Shown in pieces: positions 39,341-51,846 of a DNA stretch of 64,000 nucleotides (position 1 is its first letter; each line of letters starts with the position of its first letter). The position numbers and the translations under genes are program-made. Location: contig JBMNHG010000008.1 in NCBI GenBank assembly GCA_050950285.1, forward strand, positions 682,001 through 746,000, written 5' to 3'. The notes under the pieces were generated by a model. The model was not told the DNA's origin, did no database searches, and worked only from the letters and a program-made list of their open reading frames with translations. The DNA is from Kiritimatiellia bacterium (GTDB taxonomy: Bacteria > Verrucomicrobiota > Kiritimatiellia > RFP12 > JBMNHG01).

Positions 39341-42300
39341 TTATTTCAGGAGGAAGAGGGTGCCGACAAGGGGGGCTTCGTAGCAGCCCATGTCGACGCG
39401 GGCGCCGAGCTTGCGCGGATTGCCGGCGAGATCGGTCGCGCCAAGCATCCAATCCGCATTCAAGCCGGCGCCGACGCCGGCGGACGGGCCGGCGAGACGC
39501 CAGTCGCGATTGGCGGCGTCCTTGAAGGTGACGTGCGTCGCGATGTTGCCCTCGCCGTAGCCGATGCCTTCGACGGCCGAATAGGCGATGCGCTGGTTGG
39601 CGTCGGTGAGGTCGCGGATCTCCGACTTGCCTTCGTCGTAGTTGTCGGCGACCACGCAGTTCACCGCCCTTCCGCCATTGAGGTAGAGGCCGACCGCGGT
39701 GGTCAGGCGATCGCGCAACGTGCGGTTGGCGGCGATCGTGCAGTTCTCGATGACCGAACTGCCATCGGCCATGACGGCTGGACCCGTGGCTCCGCTGGCC
39801 GAATCGACCTGGATCGTATAGTTGTCCGCGATGAGGCAGTTGCGCACGATCGCCGAGCCGGCCATCCGGACGCCCGAAATGCAATGGCCCAACCAGCCGG
39901 CGTCGCCGGAGCAGTTGTTCGTGACGATGCAACGGTCCATGAGGACGTCGGCGCCACAGAGATACACCGTGGAGCGCCACTGCGGGTTGCTGCTGATGGA
40001 GTTGCGGAAGATGCAATCCACCACGTCCACGTCGGACGCGGAGTTGACGTTCACATACAGTGCGGCGGCTTCCGGATTGCCAGCGTTGAGGCATGCGTCG
40101 AAAACGCAGTTCGTGATCAGGACGGTCGTCTTGTGCGACGATGTCACGCACAGCCCGCCGCCAGGCTGGGCGGAGGTCGGCGCGAAACCGCGAAGCGTCA
40201 CGCCCTGCAGCAGGAAGTTCTTGGAGGCGGCCATGGCGCGCGAGCCAAACCCCGGCGCGCGGGCGACATCCGTGCGCTCCGGGCCCTCGCCGATGACCTT
40301 GGCGTCGAATGAGGCGTTGAGCGTTCTGCCAAGCGGGAAGGTCCCCGCGCCGACAAGATGGAAGACGGCATTCGTGAGGCCGGCGGCGAGTTGCGCTTCT
40401 TCGGCGGCCGCGATGGCGTCGTCAAAGCGCGCGGCGGCGGTGTCGATCGTCGCGTACGGGAAGGCAGGCGCCGGCGAGCCGCCGTCGCAAGCCACGAACA
40501 TCTCTTCGGCAAAGACCTTCACCGCGCCGGGCAGCCCGTACCCGACTTCGGTGTGGTTCGGCAACGTCACTTCGAGGGCGGCATCGTGGCAGCCATGGCC
40601 GAAGGCGCGTTCAATCTGCGCGTAGTCGTTGCCGGAGCCGCCGACGGTGTTTGTCGTGTCGCCGCACGAGAAGGTCCAGGTGAATGCGACGCCCGTATAG
40701 TCGGAAAGCGTCACGCCATCGGCGACGACGGTCGCGGTGAATGTCGCGGTTGCGCTGTCGATCGCAAAGCCATTGGCAACGGTGAAGGTGACGCTGTTGT
40801 CCGGCCTCTTGAATTCGTAGCATCCCATGTCGGTCGCGGGAGTGCCGTCGGCATCGCCGTCGAGCGGACGCGCCACGCCGTCCAGGTCGTTCGTGATGGT
40901 GGCGTAGTCGTTGCCCTGGTCGATGCCGGCGGAGCCGAGCGCGAGGTGGAAGTCGTTGTTGTCGAAGTCCACGAACGAGGGCGTCGCGACGATGTTGCCC
41001 GTGCCCGAAACCGTCGTGTCGCTCATCGAATAGGCGATGGATCCGCCATTCTTCCTCACGTTCGCGAGAGAGATGCCCGCATAGTTGTGCGCGAAGATGC
41101 AGTTGCGGACCTGTCCGTTTCCGATCGTGAGGCCGACGCCGTCCGTGCTGTTCAACTTGGTGCTGATGTTCGAGACGACCGTGCAGTTGTACGCCTTCGC
41201 GGCGCTGCTCGAAAGGGTGAGGCCGGCAACGCCGTAAAGGCCCTTGTTCCCGGTAACCAGGCAGTTGCGGATTTCGGCTCCGCCCGCGACCGTCACGCCG
41301 GGCGTGTAGATGCCGTCCTGGGGGGAATATCCCCAAGTGCTCGCGTTGTTCGTGACGAAGCACGATTCCATGAGGGAGGTGCCCTCGAGATAGACCATGC
41401 CGATGGGGTCGCCGGTATTGCCGCTGATGTCGCAATCGGCCACGCGCCCCGCGGAGGCGTAGATCGCGCCACCGGTCATGCGGGATTGCGCACCGCTGTT
41501 GTTCCCGCGGAAAAGGCAGTTCGACACGACGGAATCGCCTTCAAGGCAGATCCCATTGCCGCGGAGGCCGTAATTGTTGTTGATCGCCGGAATGGTAAGG
41601 TCATTGCCATTCGAGGTGACATTTTGCTTGCCCCTGAGACGGAGGCCGGAAACGGAGGCGCCATTCGCGGTCACCCTCAACGCGCGGCTGATGTTCGACT
41701 CGGAGAGGAAATGCGTCACGTCGCGCCCCGCGCCCACGACGTCGATGGGGTCGGTCACGTTGGGGCACGCGTGGATGGCGTAGATTCCAGCGGCGACATC
41801 GACACGGACCTTCGTCCCGGAAGCGCGTGCGAACGCGCATGCCGCCTCGATGGCCTCGGTCGCGTTCGTGGCGGCCGTTTCAGGCGAGTCGAACGGGAAC
41901 TCGTGCGCGCCGTCCGGGGCGCAATAGACCCGGGTGGGGATGGTGGCGGGCAGTTCCCGCGTCCAGACGTTGTCCGCGCCCGGCGGAAGGAGCGAGGTGG
42001 ACGTCGTGTTTGTCACCGTGCCGTTGAGCCAGTCATAGTCGGAGCGGAGCCCCGTCGCGATCATGGTGTTGCCGGAGATCGTGCAGCCGATGACCTTGCC
42101 CATCAGGTTGAAGACGCCCGCACCGCTTGTGTTGCGCGTGCGATTTCCAGTAACCGTGCAGTCGACGAGCTTCGCGCCGTTGTGGGCCAGGAAGACGCCC
42201 GCGCCGATGTAGTATCCCGACGTGTTGCGCGTGACGACGCAGTTGGTCGCCATGCAGCTGCCATGCAGCATCACGCCCGAACCCAGCGCGCCAAAGTTCC

Positions 42301-42901
42301 ATGCGCCGCTATCGTTCCAACCGACGCGGCAGTCGCTGATGGTCGAATCGGCGAGCGTGCCTTTCGTCATGTAGACGCCGCACCCATACGCGCCATGGAT
42401 GTAGTAGTTCGAGACAACGCAATCGACGATGGTCGCGACCTTGTCCATCAGGATGCCGCCGCCCTTCACGCGCTGGCCGCCAAGCCACGCGCCTGTGCTC
42501 CGGACGATGCAGTTGGTGAGAACCGCGTTGTCCGCGTTCATGTAGACCGTGAGACCGCTACGGGTCGCATTGATCGACGTGGCGCCCTGTTCGAGCGTAA
42601 AGCCGGAGATCGTCGCCGCGCCCGTCACGAGGAGCACGCGCTTCGTATCGTCGGAAGCGGTGGCGCTCGTCGCGCGGAGGATGGTGCTTTCGGGACCCTC
42701 GGCAGAGACAAGCGTGATCGCCTTGTCCACGACGAACTGCGATGTGCACTCGTACGTGCCCGGCCCAACCTCGATCGTATCGCCGGCGCTTGCTCCCGCG
42801 ATGGCCGCGGCAAGATCGTCGCCTTGAAACACTGGAATCGTCGCGCCCAAAGCCGCGCCCGCCATCAGTCCACACGCAATCGCCGAATACAACGCCTTCA
42901 T
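39341..42901 (-). CDS. Secreted 1186-aa protein with three beta-helix modules and choice-of-anchor Q; C-terminal GTLFLLK
   Basis: GGAGG RBS, signal peptide MKALYSAIACGLMAGAALG; NC.I..N ladders; DLDGVAR...DMGCYE and DLAGNPR...VDMGCYE. Confidence 0.87.
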   Translation of the reverse strand: MKALYSAIACGLMAGAALGATIPVFQGDDLAAAIAGASAGDTIEVGPGTYECTSQFVVDKAITLVSAEGPESTILRATSATASDDTKRVLLVTGAATISGFTLEQGATSINATRSGLTVYMNADNAVLTNCIVRSTGAWLGGQRVKGGGILMDKVATIVDCVVSNYYIHGAYGCGVYMTKGTLADSTISDCRVGWNDSGAWNFGALGSGVMLHGSCMATNCVVTRNTSGYYIGAGVFLAHNGAKLVDCTVTGNRTRNTSGAGVFNLMGKVIGCTISGNTMIATGLRSDYDWLNGTVTNTTSTSLLPPGADNVWTRELPATIPTRVYCAPDGAHEFPFDSPETAATNATEAIEAACAFARASGTKVRVDVAAGIYAIHACPNVTDPIDVVGAGRDVTHFLSESNISRALRVTANGASVSGLRLRGKQNVTSNGNDLTIPAINNNYGLRGNGICLEGDSVVSNCLFRGNNSGAQSRMTGGAIYASAGRVADCDISGNTGDPIGMVYLEGTSLMESCFVTNNASTWGYSPQDGIYTPGVTVAGGAEIRNCLVTGNKGLYGVAGLTLSSSAAKAYNCTVVSNISTKLNSTDGVGLTIGNGQVRNCIFAHNYAGISLANVRKNGGSIAYSMSDTTVSGTGNIVATPSFVDFDNNDFHLALGSAGIDQGNDYATITNDLDGVARPLDGDADGTPATDMGCYEFKRPDNSVTFTVANGFAIDSATATFTATVVADGVTLSDYTGVAFTWTFSCGDTTNTVGGSGNDYAQIERAFGHGCHDAALEVTLPNHTEVGYGLPGAVKVFAEEMFVACDGGSPAPAFPYATIDTAAARFDDAIAAAEEAQLAAGLTNAVFHLVGAGTFPLGRTLNASFDAKVIGEGPERTDVARAPGFGSRAMAASKNFLLQGVTLRGFAPTSAQPGGGLCVTSSHKTTVLITNCVFDACLNAGNPEAAALYVNVNSASDVDVVDCIFRNSISSNPQWRSTVYLCGADVLMDRCIVTNNCSGDAGWLGHCISGVRMAGSAIVRNCLIADNYTIQVDSASGATGPAVMADGSSVIENCTIAANRTLRDRLTTAVGLYLNGGRAVNCVVADNYDEGKSEIRDLTDANQRIAYSAVEGIGYGEGNIATHVTFKDAANRDWRLAGPSAGVGAGLNADWMLGATDLAGNPRKLGARVDMGCYEAPLVGTLFLLK

Positions 42902-43287
42902 GACAATCCTCCAAAGACCAACGCAATGAGTTTCCAGCAATGATGGTCCATTGTATTCTTTTGCATGCTCGCTGGCAACAAGTTAAAACAGGGGACCGGT
43001 GCGTCGCCCCGCCCATGCCGTGTCGATGGGACCCGACACAATGACAGCCTTCCGATACGGCCTGTACGATGCAAATTTTTTTTTTGGATTGACTTTTCCA
43101 CCCCTCCGCATAACGTGTACCACCATGAAGCCGGTGGGTTGCCGGTCTACCCTGATGGGATGGCGAAGAATGAAAAAGATGGTTGCCCTGTTGTTGGCGA
43201 TGGCCGTGTCCGAGGCGGTCGCCGTTTCCCCGGCTGAAATCAGCGTCGAAGGCCGCGGGCTCATCCTCGTCAAGGGGGTTCTGCGCT

Positions 43288-45098
43288 CCCTAAACTGCGG
43301 GAGATTTGGCGCGAGGGCGTTTCGAAGGGCCGGGAGCACGGTTTGACGGCTGTCGGGAGGGGGATCGAAGGGTGCCGGCTCTCCGTCGACGCCCTGCTTG
43401 TTCCTTTTCCAGGCGTTTCCAGCCTTGGGGAGGGCGTCGGGCGCCCTTCCAGGCGAAATCCAGGCAGGCTCCGCCGCGGCCGGGCTGTCGCCCGTCCGTC
43501 CGGAGCCGTCCGGTTCCGGCTTTTGCCTCGCGCTACGTCGATTCGGTGGGCTGCACCCGGCAGGGGAACGCCTCGAGCAGCTCCAGGACGCGCTTCACCC
43601 ACTCCTTCGGGGCGGCGAAGCGCAGGACGATCTTGCGGCTGAGCCGCGAAAGGCGCGCGCCGGCCGTCAGCACGTGGAAGCGCACGCCGCGCACGCGCCG
43701 CACGCGGTTCTCCGGCTCCGGGTCGGCCGCCCGGAGCGCGGCGGCCATGTTGTAGGCCACCGCGTTGAGCGCGAACCAGGCCGCGTTGGCCCCGAACTTC
43801 TGGCTCGGCGGGCGGGCCGCCGCCAGGTCGTTCTTCATTTCGTCGTGGACGTGCTCGACCGTGCCCGCCTTCCCGCGGTGCCATTCGACGACCTTTTCGC
43901 CCGACTCCGCCCGGTTGGTCGCCACGGCGAAGTGCTTGCGGTCGTTCCCGTCGTCGAAGAGCTCGCCCTGGGGCTTGAGGAAGCGGAGCCCGATGCAGCG
44001 CCGGGGGCGCGCATGCTTGTTCTCGGAGCGCAGGCCGGGGACGTAGTCGAGCTCGGCCCACTGCTTGAGCGTGCCGTCCGGTTCGCGGTCGAACGTCTTC
44101 CACGCATCTTCGGGGACGCGGCGCGCGGCGGCCGCCACTTCCGGGACCATCCGGACGCTGATCGCGTAGTCGATCCTGCCCCGCGGGCCGCCCTCGCGCT
44201 CCGGATCCTCGAGCCAGCCGTACAGGTCGTTGTTGTCGCAGGCGCTGTCGCCGCGAAAGCCGAACACGCGCACGCTCGGGGGGAGTTCGGCGAACGCCAG
44301 GCGCGCGCAGCGGAGGGGGTCCTTGGAGGCGGGCACGTTGCCGTCGCGGAACTCGGTGGCCAGCACCACGCCCGCCTCGGCCCAGACCGCGACCACCGGC
44401 TGGTAGCCCCGCTCCCCCGTGTAGGCGACCGTCGCCGAGCGCTTGTTGCTCTCCACGATCGTCGCGTCCAGGTCGACCGTCGCCACCGCGGGGCTCCCCC
44501 CGGGCTGGCGCGCCGCCGCGGCGCGCGCCGAAACCCCCACGACCGCCTGCAGGCCGCGAAGCCCCTCCGTGGGCTCGGGCACGCTCGACTTCAAGTCCAG
44601 CTCGAGCGCCCGCTCCCGCGCCCGCGCCACCGCCTCCGCGTCGTGGAAGCGCTCGAGCCAGTCGCGAAGGGCGCGGGAGCCCGGCGCCTGGAAGCCCAGC
44701 ATCTTCGACACCGCCGGATCCCCGCGCAGCCGGTCCACGTCCTCCACGCATCCCGCGCCGAGCATCAGCGCGCACGCCGCCGACTCGACGAACTCGCCCG
44801 CCGTGAAGCCGAGCCTGATGCGGCGCAGGGCGCCGAGGTTCGCGTCGCACGCCCCGGGAAGCCCCATGCCGCGGAAGACGCGGGAGGCCACCGCCATGCC
44901 GCCAAGGCCGGTCACGGTGCCGGGAACGGGGTCCGGGGAGATTTCGTAGGGGATTTTCCATTGGGTAGGGGTTTTCGGTCTCATGGGCGCATATTCTATC
45001 AAGACAGCCTTGATGAAACAAGCGGGAAATTATCGCCGTTTTCCCGCTCCATTCCAGCACTTCGGAGACCCTCGCAAAAAATCTCCCGCAAAACAGGG
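43288..45098 (-). mobile_element. IS1380-family insertion sequence, 1811 bp
   Basis: Imperfect 30-bp IRs CCCTnnnnTGCGGGAGATTTnnnGCGAGGG; 5-bp direct repeat GCGCT (43283-43287, 45099-45103). Confidence 0.9.
43533..44984 (-). CDS. IS1380-family DDE transposase
   Basis: VDLDAT, GYQPV, FRDGNVPA, FRGDSA, EHVHDEMK, KFGANAAWF. Confidence 0.92.
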   Translation of the reverse strand: MRPKTPTQWKIPYEISPDPVPGTVTGLGGMAVASRVFRGMGLPGACDANLGALRRIRLGFTAGEFVESAACALMLGAGCVEDVDRLRGDPAVSKMLGFQAPGSRALRDWLERFHDAEAVARARERALELDLKSSVPEPTEGLRGLQAVVGVSARAAAARQPGGSPAVATVDLDATIVESNKRSATVAYTGERGYQPVVAVWAEAGVVLATEFRDGNVPASKDPLRCARLAFAELPPSVRVFGFRGDSACDNNDLYGWLEDPEREGGPRGRIDYAISVRMVPEVAAAARRVPEDAWKTFDREPDGTLKQWAELDYVPGLRSENKHARPRRCIGLRFLKPQGELFDDGNDRKHFAVATNRAESGEKVVEWHRGKAGTVEHVHDEMKNDLAAARPPSQKFGANAAWFALNAVAYNMAAALRAADPEPENRVRRVRGVRFHVLTAGARLSRLSRKIVLRFAAPKEWVKRVLELLEAFPCRVQPTEST

Positions 45099-47066
45099 GC
45101 GCTGCGACACGGGAGCCGACTGGGGCTGCTGCAATCTGGTGGTGTTCGGTCCGGATTGGGCCTACGGGCAGCAGGACTACATGATCCACGACGTCAAGCG
45201 GACGGGGCGGAAGCTGAACGCCGCGGGCGATGCGTACGCGAGCGGCGAGCACTGCGGCAGGCTCGAGTGCAACGGCGCCAACATTTTCGTGCGCGAGACG
45301 GTCGAGGCGGTGGCGGACGACGGGGCGCCGGCGATGAAGGTGCGCTACCAGCTCGAATCGCAGGACGGGGGGCCGATGAAGCTCGAGCGCGCCGTCCTGC
45401 AGATGGCGGTCGGCGCAGGGGAGTTCGCGGACGGCGTTGCCGTCGTCGACGGGAAGGAGGTGGCGCTCGGATCGGCCTATTCGGGCGCGGACGCGCTGGT
45501 TCCGGAGACGGAGGCGCGGAGCGCGCGGCTCGTCGCCAAGGACGGCACGACGCTCAAGGTCAAGGCCCCCGACGGCGCCAGGCTGCGGTGCTCGGTCGTC
45601 GACGGGCGGAAGGCGAACGAGCGCATCGTCCTGGAGCTTCCTTTCGCGGACGTGCGCGAGGGGACGTCCGCTGCCGTCGATTTCATCGTCTCCGGCATGG
45701 TCGCCGAGTCCGGGAAGGCGGGCGGCGTGGACCTCGGCCTGCCGCTGCCGCCCGGGGTCGGCCCGCAGGTGATCAAGCCGAAGGCGGGCGTGATCGTGCC
45801 GCGCACGGCCGCCACGGATACGTCGGTCGACTGCTTCGAAGGGGCGACGGCGGCGTTCACGGACCAGGGGACGATCGAGGTCGCGCTCCCGAGGGCGCAG
45901 GTCTCGGCGATCCGCGTGAAGCCCAACGGCTGGTACAACCTCAATCTGTACATGCGCCTCGAGGCGACGGTGCGCAACACGGGCGCGGCGCCGTTCCGTC
46001 CCTATCTCCGCCTGGAGAGCGGCCACGACACCGACGCCGTGACGCGCGAGGAACCCGTGGCGGCCGGCCAGACGGGCACGGTGGCGCTCGATTTCTTCAA
46101 GGACGGCCTCCAGTGGCAGGCGTCCGGCGACACGGACGTCCAGTACACGCCCGGTCTCGGCCAGCCGCTCAACACGCATCGGACGACGGGCATCGTGCTC
46201 TGCTCCGCCGACGACGGCGCGGAGTTCGAGCTCGTCTCGCTCGTGGCGAAGAAGGTGACGCAGACGCCGCCCGAGTGGAGCGGGAAGCGCCCGCCCGTGC
46301 CCGGCGAGTGGAAGATGACGCTCGACGAGAATTTCAACGGCGAGGAACTCGACCGCAACGTCTGGGACTATGGCGAGCAGGAGCAGTTCTGGGGGCCGCT
46401 CGCGCACTTCCACGACGACCAGCTGCAGGTTCGGGACGGCAAGCTCCACATCGTCTTCGAAAAGCGCCGCGGGCACGAGAACGGCAAGCCGGACGGAAAG
46501 GTCACCGACTACGCGACCGGCTTTTGCCAGACGTACGGCAAGTTCACGCAGGCGTACGGCTACTTCGAGGCCCGCATGAAGCTGCCGTCCGCGCCCGGCA
46601 TCTGGCCCGCCTTCTGGATGATGCCCGACCGCGGCCCGTCGAAGGACGAGCACGGCAACGACACGCCCTGGTGGGCGCGCATCGACACCAAGTTCGGCGG
46701 CATGGAATTCGACGTCGTCGAGCAGCTTTCGACATGGGGGCCGTACCGCTACAACATCGCCTTCCACTGGGACGGCTACGGCGAGGAGCACAGGACCATC
46801 GGCACGAGCAACATCTACATCCTGCCCGACGAGGAGGGCTTCTTCACGGCGGGCCTTCTCTGGGAGCCCGGCAGGGCCGTCTACTACGCGAACGGCAAAC
46901 CCGTCGCCGAATGGACCAGCGAACGCATCTCCAGCGTCCCGGCGCACATGATCTTCTACATGGTGGACGGCGGCTGGGCGAACGAACCCATCGACGACGC
47001 GCAGCTGCCCGACGAGTTCGTCGTGGACTGGGTGCGCGTGTGGCAGCTCGAGGAAAGGTTGGCAAA

Positions 47067-50000
47067 ATGAAACGATTCGCATTGGCATGGTCGGCCGCGG
47101 CGACGCTCGCGTCGCTCGCGAACGCCTGGACGATCCATCCGGGGCTCCTGCAGGCCAAGACCGGCGCCTGGAACACCTGGGAGCAGACGGCCGCGGGGGC
47201 CGAAAATTTCGCCGCGTCGGCGATCCCGCTTGAATGCGCGCCGGGACCCGTGATGTGCGACACGCGGCAGAGCCTTGTGAATCCCTGGACGGGCACGACC
47301 ATCGCCTGGTTCAACGGCAGCCCCACCATGTGGAGCTACAAGGGGCAGATTTACCTCACGGCCGGCACGACCTACGCCTTCGGCAAATACCTTGCCGATG
47401 GCGCGCGCGTGCAGATCGACGGGACCAACGTCATTGAAAACGGCACGGCCTCCGACTTCGCGACGGGCGTCTTTGTGCCCGCGGAGACCGGCTGGCATTC
47501 CTTCGACGTGCGCGCGTACTCGGTCGGCGGTTCGAAAGGCCCCGTTGGCGGCGACTGGGGCGAGGCGATGGGCCTCGCCTGGAATACGAACGGCATCACG
47601 GGCGACGGCAATCCGGCCACCGCAGGCTGGACGACGATCCGCGACTCGGGCGATGCGTCGGTGCTGCGCCATGTGGACGAGTCCGCGTCCCCCGCGCACA
47701 TCGTGAAGGCGAAGCCGACGGCGTCCGGCTACGACATCCGGCTTTCGCTTGCCGGAAGGGCCACCGGCACCGCGACCGTCGGCCTTCGCGCCGCGGGCGG
47801 CGACATCGCCGTCGGCGGCACCCTGGGGACGGACTGGACCACGGCGTCCGTGCAGTTCGACGAGTTCTACGAGGAGAAGACCGTGAGCGTGCCGTGGACG
47901 GCCGGGACGGAACCCCATGTCGCCGTGTACGTCGACGGGCAGGATGCGATCGGCGGGACGGCGGGCTTCACGGGCTGCACGCCGGTCCGGCCCGTGGGCG
48001 ACTATGTCGCCGAGCGGACGATTTCGGTGACGCCGCTTGAGGGCGCGGGCGGAATCACGAACTTCAACGTGGTGGTCGACGGCGGAAGAGCCGGGCACAG
48101 CAATTCCCTCTTCATGGCCTACGGCGCCATGCCGGGCGGGGAAACGCCCTCGAGCTGGGCGGACTACACGAATGTCGCGACGCTCGGGGCCGGACGCCAG
48201 GAGGTCGACGTGCCCGTGCCGGAAGGGTGGGGCGAGACGGCCTTCAACGTCCGTTTCTTCGTCGCCGACGGCATCGTGCTGCCGTACCGCATGGAAGTCG
48301 AATACCTGCATTCGAACGGCAACTCGACGTTCGCCGACATCGGCTACACCATGACGCCGACCTCGAAGGTCGTGCTCCGCTTCCGCTATGCCCAGCAGAG
48401 CGGCGGCCTCTTCTTCGGCAACGGCGCCGGCACGGATACGCGCGGCTACTACTTCCGGTTCTTTGCGATCCCCTCCAACGTGATCCTCGACATCAACAAC
48501 GAGGGCGAAGGCCGCCTCTGGTGCGGCCCGGTCGATCCCGCCACGGCGTATCTCTTCGAAATCGGCAACGCCTATGTCTACAATGCGAACGTCAACATGT
48601 ACTGGGGGCAGGAAGGCAAGATGCCGTTCGAGACGCTGCAGAAGCCGGCGACTCTGATGACCACCTACGACTACGGCTCGATCTACTTCATCAACATCCG
48701 CCACAACGATGTGGACGGCGACGTCTACCAGGCGATTCCCGTCGTGGGGTGGAACGGGCAGACCGCGCTCTACGACAAGATTTCCGGCACGATCCATCAT
48801 TCGTTCCTGGAAGACGGCTTCGAGGACTTCGTGCCGGGGCCCGTGGTCGCGAGGGGCTGCCATCCCGACGCCGTCAACGTCGCGTCCGCCCTCGTGCATC
48901 TGGAGTCGGTCTGGATCGAGGAGAAGCCGGTCGTGTCCAAGAACGCGCAGGGCGCGTTCGAGGTCCATGCGAGGCTGGAAACGGGCGTTGGTTCGGTGAA
49001 GGCGGTTTACAACGGAACCGCGGAGCAGGAGCTGTCGGCGTCGGCGTCGGGGCCCGAGGAGTTCACGGAGCCGGTGCGGCCGCTCCCGACGAACACCACC
49101 TACTCCTGCACGGTCGTCGCGACGGACGCCTCGGGCAGGCAGGCCTCCCGGACGGCGGAGGACTGTTTCTACATGGGCGGGCTGACGGTGGCGAAAACGG
49201 CGGACGCTTCGGAGACCTACCTTTCCGTGCCCGGGACCTTTGTCGTCTCCCGTGCCGATACGAACGGCAATCTGGCGGTGAACTACACGCTGTCCGGCAC
49301 GGCCGCGGCGGGGACGAACTACCTCGCCTTGTCCGGCTCGGCGGTCATCCCCCGCGGCGCGACCTCGGTCGCGATCGACGTCATGCCGCTGATGGATGCC
49401 GGAACGGAGGAAGACACGACCCTGGTGCTGACCCTGGCCGAAGGCCTGTACTTCGGCGTCGGCGCGTCGGCGGCGATGACCATCGCCAACCTGGCGCCGG
49501 AGGAAGGCTACAAGACCTGGATCGCCGAAGCGGATGCGAGCGGCAATGCCGACATGGCCGCCCCCGCGAACTGGTCCGGCGGCACCCTGCCGGGCGAGGA
49601 CGACATCGTCCTGCTCGACCCCCGCTTCTCCTCCGCCAGCTTCACCTGGGACACGGCCGTCGTACCGTCCGTGAAGGGCTGGGAGCAGCGCGAGGGCTTC
49701 ACCGGACGCGTCGAGTTCGTGACGACCTATCTCGAAGCCGTCCCCGCCGGCCGCCACGAATTCGTCATCGACGGCGACGTCTTGCTCGAATCGGGCACGT
49801 GGACGCATCGGGCCAATCCCGGCGCGGGCGGCGTCGACACGTACCGTCTCGCGGTCCGGATCAACGGCGACCTCGCGGTGGGCGAAAACGCGGCGATCGC
49901 CGCCGACGGGCTCGGCCCCGTCACGCGGGAAGGGCGCGCGGCGTGCGCCCATGGCGGCGATGCGCAGAGCGACGGCGCGGCCTATGGCGATCCGAAGAAC

Positions 50001-51846
50001 CCCTACTGGAACGGCATCGGAAGCGTCGATCCCTTCGGCTACAGTCCGTCGCATGGCGGCGGCGCCATCGCGCTCGCCGTCACGGGCGCCGTCGAGGTCG
50101 CGGGACGCATCTCGGCCGATGGCGTTCCCGGCGAGCACATCGGCGCGAGCGGCGGTTCGATCGCGATCGCCGCGAAGTCGCTCGATCTCGCGGAAACGGG
50201 CGCGATTTCCGCAAACGGCGTCGTCGGCGACCACAACAGCGGATCGGGCGGACGCATTGCGCTCGCGCTCGCGGAGACGGCGTTCGACGCGCGCGGACAT
50301 CTCTCCCGCATCACCGCGTACGGCGGGGCCGGTTCGGCGTTTACGGGCGCCGCAGGAACGATCGCCGTGCGCAATCCCGGCGAGGCGAACGGCACGCTCT
50401 TCGTCCGCAACGATCCGAACCGTCCGTTCAACCGCTGGGCCTATGCGTACCATGCAAGCATCCGGGAGCTGACGACGCTGCCGACGAACGCGACCTGGAC
50501 CTTCGACGCCGTCGCGATCGGCGACTTCGCGACCCTGCGCGTCGGCCCGGGCTCCACGCTCGTGCTGCCGAACGGCTTCGCTTCCGTTTCAGGACTGGGC
50601 GGCCGCTACGCGACCTATGGCCTGATGCTGGACGGCGGCGCGATCGCGGCCGCGAAGACGGACGGAGTCCACGCGTTCGGCGAGGGCGCCTTCTTCTTCC
50701 CGCGCTCGGACTTCGCCTTCGATGGCGACGTGACCGTCGCGGACGGCGGAACGATCGGCGCGCTGGCGATTCGCCACACCTGGACGAAGGACGAGGAAGA
50801 CGAGGACGTGCCGGACGAGTCCTTTGCCTGCCGCTTCACCGTGAACGGGAACCTCACGGTGGCGGGAGGCGGACGCATCGACGTCTCCCTCGGCGGCGTC
50901 GGCGGCGAGGCCTACAATGTCGGCTACTTCGCCGACCGCGCCCGGCGGGCATGGCGGACAGAACGCCGCGTATGGCGGCAACAGGACGCACGACAGCGTG
51001 TTCCATCCGTGCCTCGGCTCCGGCAACAGCGGCGGCAACCAGGATTTGCCGCAGATCGGCGCGGGCGCCGCCGCGTGTTCTCCGTTTCGGGGCTGCTCAC
51101 GGTCGACGGCGCCGTCTCCGCCGATGGCGTGGGCTCGCCGTATTTCGGCGCTTCGTGCGGACAGGGCGGCGGATCGCTGGACATCACCGCCGGCTCCCTG
51201 GCCGGCACGGGGACGATCTCCGCGAACGGCGGCGAAGGATTCCCCGCGGACGACAACCTGCGATGGAATCTCTGGAAGGGGTATGCCCGCGGCGGTGGAG
51301 GCCGCGTCGCGGTGCGGCTGACGGGAACGGGCGCGACCTTTGCGGGTTTCGGCGCGGAGCGCATAACGGCGACGGGGCGCTATTCGAATCATCATGCGGC
51401 CGGCGAATATGACCGCACGCCCCTGGCGTCTTCGGCGGGCACGGTCTATCTCCAGGCCGCCGGGGTCCCGGAGGGCAGGGGCCTTGTCGTCGTCCGCAAC
51501 ACGGGCGCGGCCGAAGAAGAGGATTGGGCGCACTCCGTCACCTGCCTGCCGTCCGGTACGCGCGGGGACGCGGCGGAGGACTTCCGCCTGTCGTCGCTCG
51601 AGATCGCGGCTGCGGCGCGTGTCAAGCTCTACGCCGATCTCAGAATGAAGCAGCTCGTCCTGGACACCGCGTCGTCGCTGGACCTCAACGGCCGGCGGCT
51701 CAAGGTCGAGGGCGCCCGGATCGACGGCATCCGCCTGTCGCCGGGGGACCTATACGGCCGCCGATCTGGACTGTCTCGCGGATTCGGGGGATGGCGCCAC
51801 GGGTTCGCTCGTCGTCGCCTGCGGCGTTGTCTTCATCATCAGGTAA
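47067..51846 (+). CDS. Secreted protein of about 1590 aa (PA14-like and Calx-beta-like segments, two Gly-rich repeats) with three apparent frameshifts; corrected C-terminus GVVFIIR
   Basis: ATGA overlap with the GH16 stop; signal peptide MKRFALAWSAAATLASLANA; coding frame shifts at about 50940, returns at about 51072 and shifts again at the G5 run 51743-51747, ending TYTAADLDCLADSGDGATGSLVVACGVVFIIR*. Confidence 0.8.

Larger units (their letters stand above)
43170..47070 (+). pseudogene. Secreted GH16 glycoside hydrolase interrupted by IS1380
   Basis: Signal peptide MKKMVALLLAMAVSEAVA; joining 43170-43287 to 45104-47070 restores one 694-aa frame (VKGVLR|CDTGADW); GIWPAFWMM and catalytic EFDVVE. 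Confidence 0.9.
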
